A stretch of 64,000 nt of DNA, taken from positions 1 through 64,000 of the IMG/VR virus record IMGVR_UViG_3300013212_000088; one strand, 5' to 3'. The translations under genes and the position numbers were made by a program. The stretch comes from a virus. Lineage: Duplodnaviria; Caudoviricetes. Of the stretch, positions 47,454 to 56,208 are shown piece after piece (the first letter of the stretch is position 1; each line of letters starts with the position of its first letter). Under the pieces are notes generated by a model that worked only from the letters and a program-made list of their open reading frames with translations, ran no database searches and was not told the origin of the DNA.

Positions 47454-47811
47454 TCATAAAAGCATCGATTTCATGCTCATTTTTTAAGTAAGTAGCTGTA
47501 TTGTACTCATCTATATAGCAATGTATATATCCGTTAACAGAATTATAGCTAAAGTCCTTAATTAAGATGTTTGAAATATAATTACTCTTCTTTATTTCTA
47601 TATAATAATCTAAAACTTTATCCATTGGTCCAGAAACTGTATTTTCGACATACCAAAAGTTAGTTTCTTTTGGCGGTATTTCTTTTCCGATGTTAACTTT
47701 ATAATTGTAAGATGTTTCGGAAAAAGATTTAACTTCTTCGCCTGTTTCTTTATTATAGATTTCAAGAAGCTGATTTATTTTTTTATCAGTTCCATTCCAA
47801 ATTATATTCAT
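47413..47811 (-). CDS. Hypothetical protein (132 aa)
   Basis: Coupled by TAATG to the upstream gene. Confidence 0.7.
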   Translation of the reverse strand: MNIIWNGTDKKINQLLEIYNKETGEEVKSFSETSYNYKVNIGKEIPPKETNFWYVENTVSGPMDKVLDYYIEIKKSNYISNILIKDFSYNSVNGYIHCYIDEYNTATYLKNEHEIDAFMIDKIVDFKTYASY

Positions 47812-48317
47812 TACAATCCCAGCATTTCTTTTATAGACTTACCTGTTAATAAGTTCATGAATGTTAAAAATGCACCAATACCACCAATAACCCATGCAGA
47901 TTTATTTAAAAGATTCTTGATGTCGAAATTATGTTTTTTCATTGATCTAATTTCCATCTCTATTTCGTCGAGATCTTTTTTAAACAACCTAGTCAATTCA
48001 ACTTTAGTGTTTTCTAGTTCTGCGCCAAAGTGAGATATTTGAGCAGTATATTCTTCTAATGAATTTTCAAAAGCTTCTTGTCTTGACTGCATTAATGACT
48101 GAAAGTTTTGAAACATTTTATCAAGCGCAAAATAATGTTTTTCAATACTTCTAAACTCAGTATTTGAAGAATCTTTTAACTCTACTAATGTATCTAAAAT
48201 ATCTTCTTGATTTTTGAGAACGTTTTGTAATGCAAAGTTAAAATCTAAATAAGCTTCTGTTTGAGCTTTTTGAATTACTTTAAATTGAGAGACACTAAGC
48301 TCCTCCTCTTCTTCCAT
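47811..48317 (-). CDS. Coiled-coil protein with a C-terminal transmembrane helix
   Basis: Helical, heptad-like body; hydrophobic AWVIGGIGAFLTFMNLL near the C-terminus. Confidence 0.7.
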   Translation of the reverse strand: MEEEEELSVSQFKVIQKAQTEAYLDFNFALQNVLKNQEDILDTLVELKDSSNTEFRSIEKHYFALDKMFQNFQSLMQSRQEAFENSLEEYTAQISHFGAELENTKVELTRLFKKDLDEIEMEIRSMKKHNFDIKNLLNKSAWVIGGIGAFLTFMNLLTGKSIKEMLGL

Positions 48318-48334
48318 AGCTTTGTGCCCCTTAA

Positions 48335-48676
48335 TTAAATTGCGTTAAGAACTTTTTGTAATCTTTTTGATGAATCTTTAAGTCTTTGGATTGGATCTTC
48401 TGCTGATTCTAATGTACACAAACAGCTATTTGTTCCATGATTAATATCTCTTTTATTGAGTTTAAAGTTCTTGCCAAAATGTGTAACTAATTTTGTGCAT
48501 CCTACTGAAAGATCTGCAGAATGAACAGAAATATCAAAGCCCTTTTTACTGTATTCTTCTGCTTTGGCATTCATTAGCACATTTCCAATTTTATCAACTA
48601 TCCACATTGGTTGATTAAAACTATCTATTAATGCTAATAATAACTTAGGTGGATTATTAAACTCTTGATTGTCCAT
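48335..48676 (-). CDS. Hypothetical protein with a PAS-like N-terminal signature
   Basis: LIDSFNQPMWIVDKIGNVLMNAKAEE resembles the PAS consensus start. Confidence 0.5.
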   Translation of the reverse strand: MDNQEFNNPPKLLLALIDSFNQPMWIVDKIGNVLMNAKAEEYSKKGFDISVHSADLSVGCTKLVTHFGKNFKLNKRDINHGTNSCLCTLESAEDPIQRLKDSSKRLQKVLNAI

Positions 48677-48693
48677 TTTAGCCTCAAAGAACT

Positions 48694-49443
48694 TTAAAAG
48701 ATTCTATTGTAATATTCCTCAAAGGTTTTGTAACTTTCCTCGTCCTCCATTACAATAAATACATTTCTAATATTAGAATCTTTTTTGGATTTAAAGTAAG
48801 TTAGAATTGAGGATAATTGGACTCTAGCGGTATCTTCAATGTCATGAGTTCCGCAGTCGCATGGAATGATAACAACATTTCCAGCATTATTTGATTCTGC
48901 TAAATGTAAAGATTTTCGCATAGAAGATCTGATATCTTCTTCGTTAACTAGTCTTGATTCTCCAGCAACAACAGCGTGATAAATCGACTTAGGCTTTACT
49001 TGACTTTCATCTCCACCATTAGAAGTTATGTATACATGTCCCATTTTGATTGGTTTAGGATATGCATCACATTCTTGTTGGATTTTTCCTCTTGACAATC
49101 TATGAAACTTAGCATCATCAATTTGGAGAACATTGTTTGCTGGAAAAATTAAAACATCTGCCTTTACAGCATATGGATTTTCAATTTTATGTATTGAAAT
49201 CTTAGTTCCTTTAGTTTCTTGCTTAGGCTGTGGTTTTGCTTCTTGAATTGGTTCTGGTGTAACTTCAACCTTTTCAGGAGCACTTAAAAAGGAACATCGG
49301 TCTCTATTACCTTCACAATCTATATTCCAGTTTGTTTCCAAAAGTGGTAAATCGATTTTTGTAAAGTAAGAGACCGAATGTGTAGTTGATGTGGTTTTTA
49401 CGAAACAGTTTTTATTTTCTAGATATAATGGGCATAATTTCAT
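48694..49443 (-). CDS. Macrodomain-fold protein (divergent) with a Cys-rich N-terminal region
   Basis: KADVLIFPAN, G..YIT..G, IYHAV, I.SSMR.SL.LA and VVIIP...G motifs follow macrodomain order. Confidence 0.7.
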   Translation of the reverse strand: MKLCPLYLENKNCFVKTTSTTHSVSYFTKIDLPLLETNWNIDCEGNRDRCSFLSAPEKVEVTPEPIQEAKPQPKQETKGTKISIHKIENPYAVKADVLIFPANNVLQIDDAKFHRLSRGKIQQECDAYPKPIKMGHVYITSNGGDESQVKPKSIYHAVVAGESRLVNEEDIRSSMRKSLHLAESNNAGNVVIIPCDCGTHDIEDTARVQLSSILTYFKSKKDSNIRNVFIVMEDEESYKTFEEYYNRIF

Positions 49444-49462
49444 AGGGTATTACCTAAATGAA

Positions 49463-49490
49463 ATTATACAATCTTAGATTAATCGTGCAA
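49463..49490 (-). promoter_or_regulatory. Possible sigma70-type promoter for the macrodomain gene cluster
   Basis: Minus strand reads TTGCAC-N16-TATAAT, ending 19 nt before the ATG. Confidence 0.4.
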
Positions 49491-50037
49491 AATATGGTAA
49501 ATTTGTTCTAATAAAATTAAGATCAGACATAGACATAGAGCCCTTAAACTGTGACAAAATGGACTTAGCCTCTGTCATAAAGTTTTCTCTAGCATTAGGA
49601 GCTGAAGTCATAAATTGCCTATGTAATATTTGTAAATTCGGAATTAATTGATTGTAAGCATTATCTCTAACTTGTCCAGCAAAATCAGTGGCTTCGCCTT
49701 CCATGTATTTATTGAGCAATCTCTTTTTTTCTTCAGCTGGTATATTCATGGATTGTATTTGCAAAAGGATTTCAGGGCTGATTGTCATTTCTGAAGGTTT
49801 TCCACCTTCTTTAGAACCTTGAAAATCTCCGCCTTTAATTCCAACTCCAGACCATCCACCTAATTCGTTTGCTGATGATGCTGCAGAATTAACTCCACCA
49901 ATTTCACTTTTATCATCACTTTTTTGCTTTACTAGTTGATTATATAGTGGGCCTTTTGAAAATGGGCTTTGTGCAAGCTGAGACAATCTTTGGTTTTCTT
50001 TTTCAGAAGTCAACCTTGTAATTTTGTACATTGACAT
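49474..50037 (-). CDS. Hypothetical protein (187 aa)
   Basis: Intact ORF coupled by TAATG to the upstream gene. Confidence 0.75.
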   Translation of the reverse strand: MSMYKITRLTSEKENQRLSQLAQSPFSKGPLYNQLVKQKSDDKSEIGGVNSAASSANELGGWSGVGIKGGDFQGSKEGGKPSEMTISPEILLQIQSMNIPAEEKKRLLNKYMEGEATDFAGQVRDNAYNQLIPNLQILHRQFMTSAPNARENFMTEAKSILSQFKGSMSMSDLNFIRTNLPYFARLI

Positions 50038-50306
50038 TATAATTTAACTCCTTTTTTTGCTAAAGCTGCAGATATTTCAGGAGATGTTTTCATCAAACCC
50101 TGTAATGATGATAATGAAGCATTAACTTTTTGTAAATACTCTAAAGCATTTTGATTTTTTACATCATCAGAAACATTACTTTTTGATATTCTGTAAAGTT
50201 CTGCAGTAACATCTTCGATAGTAAAGTTTGGAGTGTTTTTGGTGATAGCAGCAATCAAATTTGTTGATTGTTGGTTGTTTTGGGAAACTTTTATAAACTT
50301 GCTCAT
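50037..50306 (-). CDS. Hypothetical protein (89 aa)
   Basis: Intact ORF in a co-oriented run; begins MSKFIKVSQ. Confidence 0.75.
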   Translation of the reverse strand: MSKFIKVSQNNQQSTNLIAAITKNTPNFTIEDVTAELYRISKSNVSDDVKNQNALEYLQKVNASLSSLQGLMKTSPEISAALAKKGVKL

Positions 50307-50315
50307 TTTTTCACC

Positions 50316-51593
50316 CTAATATAATGTATTTACTTCTTTATTTAGATTTGGCTTTGGTAATAGTTTAGTCAAATACTTTCTGTACAAATCTGTATCTTTA
50401 TCTAATTCTGGTTGAATTAAGTTCATCAATGCTCCCACTCGAAATAAAAGCGGTTTAACTTGTAATTGTATATCTGGGTCATCGTAAATATTTTTTAATG
50501 TTGGTAAATTAAAAAGAAATTCTTCTCTCTGTAATCCATTTTCATCAACAAAGTTTATTCTTGTGTTTAATATTTTAGATAACTGTCTACCATAATCTTT
50601 CAATTGAAGCTTTTGTTTATATTCCATAGGGTTTTGTGGTGGAACTCTCATTCTTTCTTCAATTGTTTTTGGCATCTGAACAATTACTTTCCAGTTTGTA
50701 TCTAATGCAGCTTTTTGTGTTCCACCAATAGCATTTTTTCTGAGCATTGAAGTCATTGCTTTATCGGTCATGGAAGCTTCTAAATTAGAAAATATTTTTA
50801 CATGAACATCTTCAGATTCTTTTGGTGAGAGTGCATTTTGAGATAAAAGATTACCAATTTCTAAAATTAGACTATTTTCACCACTTATTTTTACAAAAGT
50901 ATTTGGTAGTGCAATACCTGTAGCAGGACCTATACCTGATGATGGAAAAAGTAAAAGACGTCCATTAGGAGTTCTCTCAACAAAATTAAATGTGCCAGGA
51001 GAATTTTTATTACCTTGATAATTACCAGAAGCCATTGACGAAGCAATTATTGCTTGAAGATTAGCAATTTGACCCATAAATGGATATTTTTTCTTCACAT
51101 CATCATCAGACAGGTTATTAAAGAGATCCTCTATTTCATCTTGTCTTGCATAATTTGGGAACGTAATTGATAGATTTTGAGTACCTCTCGTAATATCGGT
51201 AGGATCTCTAAATGGCTGCAAATCAACTTGCGCATTTCCAGATATTGACTTAAGAGAATCAACCCACCATTTTAATATCATGGCAGATTCTGTGGCATCT
51301 CTTGTACCGAGAGATGTTGATAAATAACTAGTTAAATCAGATTTACTAGAAAATTGACTTTCATTTGCCATTCCTCTTGTTTGTAACTGCAAGCCTCTAC
51401 CCATTGAGCGTAGAGTATCCAAAATGCCTGCAGTTTTAAAAAGATTGCTTTGGGCTAAATGTTCAATAACTTCTTCATCATCAAAAGCTATAGCAGTGTC
51501 AATAACTGATTTTAAATGCTTGTTATTCAATTCTCTCTCCAGATTTGTAACTAGTGTAATTTTACAAATCTGAACTACAAGTTCCTTTATCAA
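50316..51593 (-). CDS. Hypothetical protein (425 aa; start uncertain)
   Basis: Long ORF with a TTG start overlapping the clpX stop. Confidence 0.75.
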   Translation of the reverse strand: MIKELVVQICKITLVTNLERELNNKHLKSVIDTAIAFDDEEVIEHLAQSNLFKTAGILDTLRSMGRGLQLQTRGMANESQFSSKSDLTSYLSTSLGTRDATESAMILKWWVDSLKSISGNAQVDLQPFRDPTDITRGTQNLSITFPNYARQDEIEDLFNNLSDDDVKKKYPFMGQIANLQAIIASSMASGNYQGNKNSPGTFNFVERTPNGRLLLFPSSGIGPATGIALPNTFVKISGENSLILEIGNLLSQNALSPKESEDVHVKIFSNLEASMTDKAMTSMLRKNAIGGTQKAALDTNWKVIVQMPKTIEERMRVPPQNPMEYKQKLQLKDYGRQLSKILNTRINFVDENGLQREEFLFNLPTLKNIYDDPDIQLQVKPLLFRVGALMNLIQPELDKDTDLYRKYLTKLLPKPNLNKEVNTLY

Positions 51594-52956
51594 GCAAATA
51601 TTTTGACGGAGAATCTAGACAACAAGAATCAATAATTACTTTATCATCAGACTCATTGAAATTACCTAATAAGTCAAATGCTGCTTGAGATACTGCTTTT
51701 TTTACCATAGAACCTAAAGCTCTTGTTCCAGTACCCATCTTCATAACTCTTTTGATTGTGTCATCCACAAACTCATTAGTAAAAATTATTTCATAACCTG
51801 ATTCAGCAAAAAGTAAAGCTTGGTTGAGAATTGGTGAGCTTTGCAAATCTAATAAACAAGTTTTTAATTCTTCGTACTTTAATGGAGACAAAGCAACGAT
51901 AGTTTGAATTCTTCCTACCAATTCTGTGCTCAATCCATATTCGATTAAAGATTCAACCATTATTTCATGGGAAGCTTGTTGATATATTTCAAAAGATTTA
52001 ATTTGTTCTTCAAAAACCTCTCCATCATCTTTCTTTAGAGAGACCTTTGGGCCTTTGTAGCCTAATTTTTTACCAACAATTTCATGCAATCCATTAAAAG
52101 CACCGCCAAAACAAAATAGAATTTTGTTTGTGTCAACGGTGTATGGCGGTCCTTCTCTGCCTGTCAAAGATTGAGGAAGCTTTACTGATTTGCCTTCAAT
52201 CAGCTTAAGCATTGAACTTTGAGTAGCTGTGTGTAAAGCTTCAGTTCTAGTTCCTTGTGAATGATATGATGCGAGCTTATCAATTTCATCTATAAAAACT
52301 ACACCTTGCTCAATCAAATCAATATCACCACCAGACTTGGTAAATAGATCATGAATGACTGCATCAACATCAGCGCCTTGGAATCCAGTAGGTGAATAGC
52401 CAGTAGCATCACCGGCAGCAAAAGGAACATTTAATTGTTTTGCAACGGAATTAATGATTAAGGTTTTGCCACTTCCAGAAGGTCCCAAAAGAAGAATATT
52501 ATATTTTTCTGTTGACTTGTCTAATTTAATATTCCTAAGGTGCTCAAAAACGGTAATTGAAATACGTCTTTTAGCTTCCTCTTGGCCTACAACAGTTTTA
52601 GAAAGATTATTAAAAAAATCTCTTGGTGTTAGCCTTTTACTTTGAGCGCTTTCTGCTGGGGAAACTCTTTGAAATTGAAGTTTAGCTCCAGGAACCATTT
52701 CAAAGAGTTTTTCTCTAAGTTCTTCTCCAGTAACATCATCATCCAAATTGAGAATGAACGAGAGCAGGATATTACTTAGCTGAAATTGACCTAGAATATT
52801 ACCAACATGAAATATTCTATAATGTTCGTCGCACAAGACTATTTTTTTGAGTGGCAAATCAAGAATATTAACATCATCTTTGATTTCTTTAAAACCCTTC
52901 TTGCCACACAGAAAACATTTATTGTCCTGCTGAATTAATACACCATTCTTAATCAT
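51562..52956 (-). CDS. clpX: ClpX-like AAA+ unfoldase (divergent)
   Basis: N-terminal CFLC...CDEH zinc motif; VVGQEEAK; Walker A GPSGSGKT; Walker B FIDEIDK; LKLIEG; FCFGGAF; ELVGRI; GTRAL. Confidence 0.9.
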   Translation of the reverse strand: MIKNGVLIQQDNKCFLCGKKGFKEIKDDVNILDLPLKKIVLCDEHYRIFHVGNILGQFQLSNILLSFILNLDDDVTGEELREKLFEMVPGAKLQFQRVSPAESAQSKRLTPRDFFNNLSKTVVGQEEAKRRISITVFEHLRNIKLDKSTEKYNILLLGPSGSGKTLIINSVAKQLNVPFAAGDATGYSPTGFQGADVDAVIHDLFTKSGGDIDLIEQGVVFIDEIDKLASYHSQGTRTEALHTATQSSMLKLIEGKSVKLPQSLTGREGPPYTVDTNKILFCFGGAFNGLHEIVGKKLGYKGPKVSLKKDDGEVFEEQIKSFEIYQQASHEIMVESLIEYGLSTELVGRIQTIVALSPLKYEELKTCLLDLQSSPILNQALLFAESGYEIIFTNEFVDDTIKRVMKMGTGTRALGSMVKKAVSQAAFDLLGNFNESDDKVIIDSCCLDSPSKYLLDKGTCSSDL

Positions 52957-52987
52957 AAAATAGGTTGTCCTTAAGAGGATTATACAC

Positions 52988-53881
52988 CTAACTTATGGCT
53001 TTTTTAATCAAAGAAGCAATGTCTCCTGGATACCAATTGCCACCTTTTTTGTCCATTGAAATAGTGTGAATTTTGTCGAATTCAAACTTTCTTTCAGTGC
53101 CTTTTATAATCATAGCTATCATTTGTTGCATAGAGGGTAGGGTTTCAGGTCTTGTTTTATTTGCAGTCCTAAAATCTCTGAGTAATTTCTGCTTACCCTT
53201 AACCATTGGAATATCTTTTTTACTAATAATTTCATCAGCCAAAGCTTGTTTAAAAAAACTTTCGTCAAATATTGCTCTTAATATATCAATATTAAATCCA
53301 ATTTGATGTGATTCTTTTGTTGTTAATAATGGATCATAATCGATCATTTTAGGATCTTTAAGTAATTGTTCAAGTTTAGGAATGATGGCAACTCTTCTAA
53401 CTTGATTAGCGCCTTTACCAGAACCTGACTCTGATGAATAAGTTAATTCGACAGTGGCAGATCTTGGTCTAGGAGTGTGTGACAATGTTGCTTTTTGGAA
53501 GAATTGCCTTGCTCTTGCTTCATTTGCTTGTACTTGCTCTGGAGTTAAAAATGCAAACTTAGCTAATTTATTACTAGAAATAAAATAATATAATCCTAGT
53601 TTGTTAGGAATAATTAAAGTTTTCATACCAAACTTCATTTCGAAAGGTTTTTTATCAGTATCTGGTCTTGACATATAACCTTCAATCATGTCAGGTAAGG
53701 GAGATCCAATTGATCTTAAATAAGCAATATCTTCTGGATTGCCTAAATCAATTAAATATTTATCATGAGCAAATGATTGCTGAAAATCTTTTGGTACCTC
53801 TTCTTCTAAGATTTCACCAGTTTCTTCGTCAATTTTCATTTGCGCAAATCTGAAACTATTTAAATTAAAACTTTTACCCAT
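52988..53881 (-). CDS. Hypothetical protein (~297 aa)
   Basis: Start taken at the second Met (GGAG 6 nt upstream): MGKSFNLNSFRFAQ. Confidence 0.75.
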   Translation of the reverse strand: MGKSFNLNSFRFAQMKIDEETGEILEEEVPKDFQQSFAHDKYLIDLGNPEDIAYLRSIGSPLPDMIEGYMSRPDTDKKPFEMKFGMKTLIIPNKLGLYYFISSNKLAKFAFLTPEQVQANEARARQFFQKATLSHTPRPRSATVELTYSSESGSGKGANQVRRVAIIPKLEQLLKDPKMIDYDPLLTTKESHQIGFNIDILRAIFDESFFKQALADEIISKKDIPMVKGKQKLLRDFRTANKTRPETLPSMQQMIAMIIKGTERKFEFDKIHTISMDKKGGNWYPGDIASLIKKAIS

Positions 53882-53993
53882 AATATTCTCCATTATACTT
53901 AATATTTATTATAGGTAAGAATTGGTCCTTTATAGGAGGATTAAGCATGTGGATCAAAGTAAATAATATGTAGTTTTAGTTGTGAGGTAAAAT

Positions 53994-54224
53994 ATGGCAC
54001 TACAAGATAACACTCTAAACAGGGGGCTCGGGCAATGGGTAATTACCACCTATAATCCGGGTAAGTGTATTGGACCTATTGAAGGATATTTAACTGTGGG
54101 TAAGGACTTTCATATCATTTATAAGGATGAAAGAAACACAATCTGTCTATTCAATGTTCCATCTCAAAATGTAGCGTTTGCATTGAATCAAAAGTTTGTA
54201 TCAATTGACGTAATCGGTATATAA
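53994..54224 (+). CDS. Hypothetical protein (76 aa)
   Basis: GAGG RBS; first gene of a plus-strand run. Confidence 0.7.
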   Translation: MALQDNTLNRGLGQWVITTYNPGKCIGPIEGYLTVGKDFHIIYKDERNTICLFNVPSQNVAFALNQKFVSIDVIGI

Positions 54225-54226
54225 TT

Positions 54227-54523
54227 ATGTGGTATAGGTTAAGCAAAAACAACGGATACGATAAAACAAATCCATCTTATGAAAGTAAGATGATTGCTTA
54301 CCTTGCCACAGAAGAATTAAGAGACTTATCGGCAAAACAACTTAATTACAATCCTTCAGCAAGAGAATTAGAAAGTAAGGTGAGGAGACTTTTTAAAGAA
54401 CTCGAAGAAAAGTATGGAAATATTGCCAACGTAAGACTTCAAACAAAAGGGGAACATCTTGGACCGTTTATTAAAAAAATGGTTCATGATTTATTTAGCA
54501 AAAAGAATGCTAGAAAAAATTGA
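54227..54523 (+). CDS. Hypothetical protein (98 aa)
   Basis: Starts 2 nt after the upstream stop; begins MWYRLSK. Confidence 0.75.
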   Translation: MWYRLSKNNGYDKTNPSYESKMIAYLATEELRDLSAKQLNYNPSARELESKVRRLFKELEEKYGNIANVRLQTKGEHLGPFIKKMVHDLFSKKNARKN

Positions 54524-55163
54524 GCTTTTATTACAACAAAAACTAAATAATCATTCTAACAGCAATTTCCTCAATCTAGAAATCCTTTTAAGTCTTCATT
54601 CATTTTTGAAAGGCTATGAAAATATACCAAATATATATTTCACAAGACAATCTACCTCAGAAGATTTTGTCAATAAATTATTTTTTGTTTCAGAAAATGA
54701 TTTAATTTTGAAAAATAAATTAAATATAAAGAAATTAAACATTAATCCTTTCGATTTAAAAATCATTCCTATAAATAAAAGAAAACAACTCCTAAACTTA
54801 ATTGAAGACACTATTAGCTTCAGTTACGGTGAAGGAGTTGTTTACTATGACTTGACAAGAGTTACAGCATTTAAAAATGACAATATTATTAATTTTATGT
54901 CAAAGAATAATATTGTTATAGAAATCAATTTACAAAAAGTATTATTCGAAAGAGAATCAAAAAAGAAAATATTTGTTGATAAATATTCTAAATACGAAAA
55001 AAGCTCTAAAAACTTTTCGTGGCAGAGTATTACTGAATTAGCATTACTTGAAAAATTAAATCATTTGTGGCAAGGCTTCTGGGGAACAAGTGAAGTTTAT
55101 AAGTTGTTTTCTGAAGATGAAAAGCTAATTCACTCTCTGATAATTAAAAAAGAATTAACATGA
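54507..55163 (+). CDS. Hypothetical protein (~218 aa)
   Basis: Start taken at ATG 54507 (MLEKIE) to limit the overlap. Confidence 0.65.
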   Translation: MLEKIELLLQQKLNNHSNSNFLNLEILLSLHSFLKGYENIPNIYFTRQSTSEDFVNKLFFVSENDLILKNKLNIKKLNINPFDLKIIPINKRKQLLNLIEDTISFSYGEGVVYYDLTRVTAFKNDNIINFMSKNNIVIEINLQKVLFERESKKKIFVDKYSKYEKSSKNFSWQSITELALLEKLNHLWQGFWGTSEVYKLFSEDEKLIHSLIIKKELT

Positions 55164-55738
55164 TCCAATCCTACTTAACATTTATTAGGAAAACTTTGTC
55201 TGAAAAATCTGAATATAATCTTTTGGGTTTAAATGAAATTGAAAACCTTAGCGTACTTTGTGACTTTAATTTAACTTCAGGGCAACCAATTGTATGCTGC
55301 ATCTCAAATAAAAAAATTATTAGTTTATATAAAGTAAGTTCATCAGGTGAAATTAATCAAATATTTGGAATAACTGATCACTTAATGGATATAGAATCAA
55401 TTAAAGATTTATCATCTAAATATGTAAAGAATTATAATGCTATCAAACATTTTATGATATATGGATTTAAATGTATGAGTCCTGATGAAATTATAGAAAA
55501 TTACAAAAAATTATTAATATTAGAAGATAAATGTATTTCTAATTTAATTTCTTCAGAAGTAAACTGGCACACAATAAAGAGAAACTTATCAAAAGAAGTT
55601 AGAAGATCAGATTTAAACATCCATCTAAAATCAAGAATATTATCTTCTTTTAACAAGCTTATGCAATTAAATAAAAACTATCTAAATAAAAAAATTGATA
55701 TAGATTTAGATGGTTATGAAATAAAAATTATTACCTAA
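55160..55738 (+). CDS. Hypothetical protein (192 aa)
   Basis: ATGA overlap with the upstream gene. Confidence 0.7.
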   Translation: MIQSYLTFIRKTLSEKSEYNLLGLNEIENLSVLCDFNLTSGQPIVCCISNKKIISLYKVSSSGEINQIFGITDHLMDIESIKDLSSKYVKNYNAIKHFMIYGFKCMSPDEIIENYKKLLILEDKCISNLISSEVNWHTIKRNLSKEVRRSDLNIHLKSRILSSFNKLMQLNKNYLNKKIDIDLDGYEIKIIT

Positions 55739-56160
55739 GTTCCGTATGCCTGTTGATTAGCCTGGTTGAATATTTGCATATTTGCCCTGCACTGCTCGCA
55801 ATGATTTTCACCATTGCCTAATCTCCAAACTTGTCTTCCACCAGGCAATGTAATTATTTCACAGTGACAAAACTCATGTACTGGAGGAGCAATAAATCCT
55901 GAGGGCAAGCTGATTGGTAATGGTGTCTTGTTTTCAACTCCAACGGGTGTATTGACAACCGGATCAATTTGAACTGGAACAGGAGTAAGAACTGGCTCCT
56001 GATTTTCGGGCTCTTCCAAAATAGGTTCGTCTAAATTAGGTTGTTGATTTACTTCAGCATTTTCATCCTCATCATCAGCAAAAAATCTTGTTCTAGATTT
56101 TTTATTGCCCTTGTTGAGAGTGCCAAATAAATTATATTGTAATGCTGTTTTGTACCACAT
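55735..56160 (-). CDS. Hypothetical protein (~141 aa) with C-terminal PPxHxxCxC and CxxC motifs
   Basis: Start taken at MWYKTA (56160); C-terminal PPVHEFCHC...HCEQC. Confidence 0.7.
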   Translation of the reverse strand: MWYKTALQYNLFGTLNKGNKKSRTRFFADDEDENAEVNQQPNLDEPILEEPENQEPVLTPVPVQIDPVVNTPVGVENKTPLPISLPSGFIAPPVHEFCHCEIITLPGGRQVWRLGNGENHCEQCRANMQIFNQANQQAYGT

Positions 56161-56208
56161 GGTTATTTTATTGAAAAATCTTCTTTTGTTTACCTTTATA
56201 ATATACAT

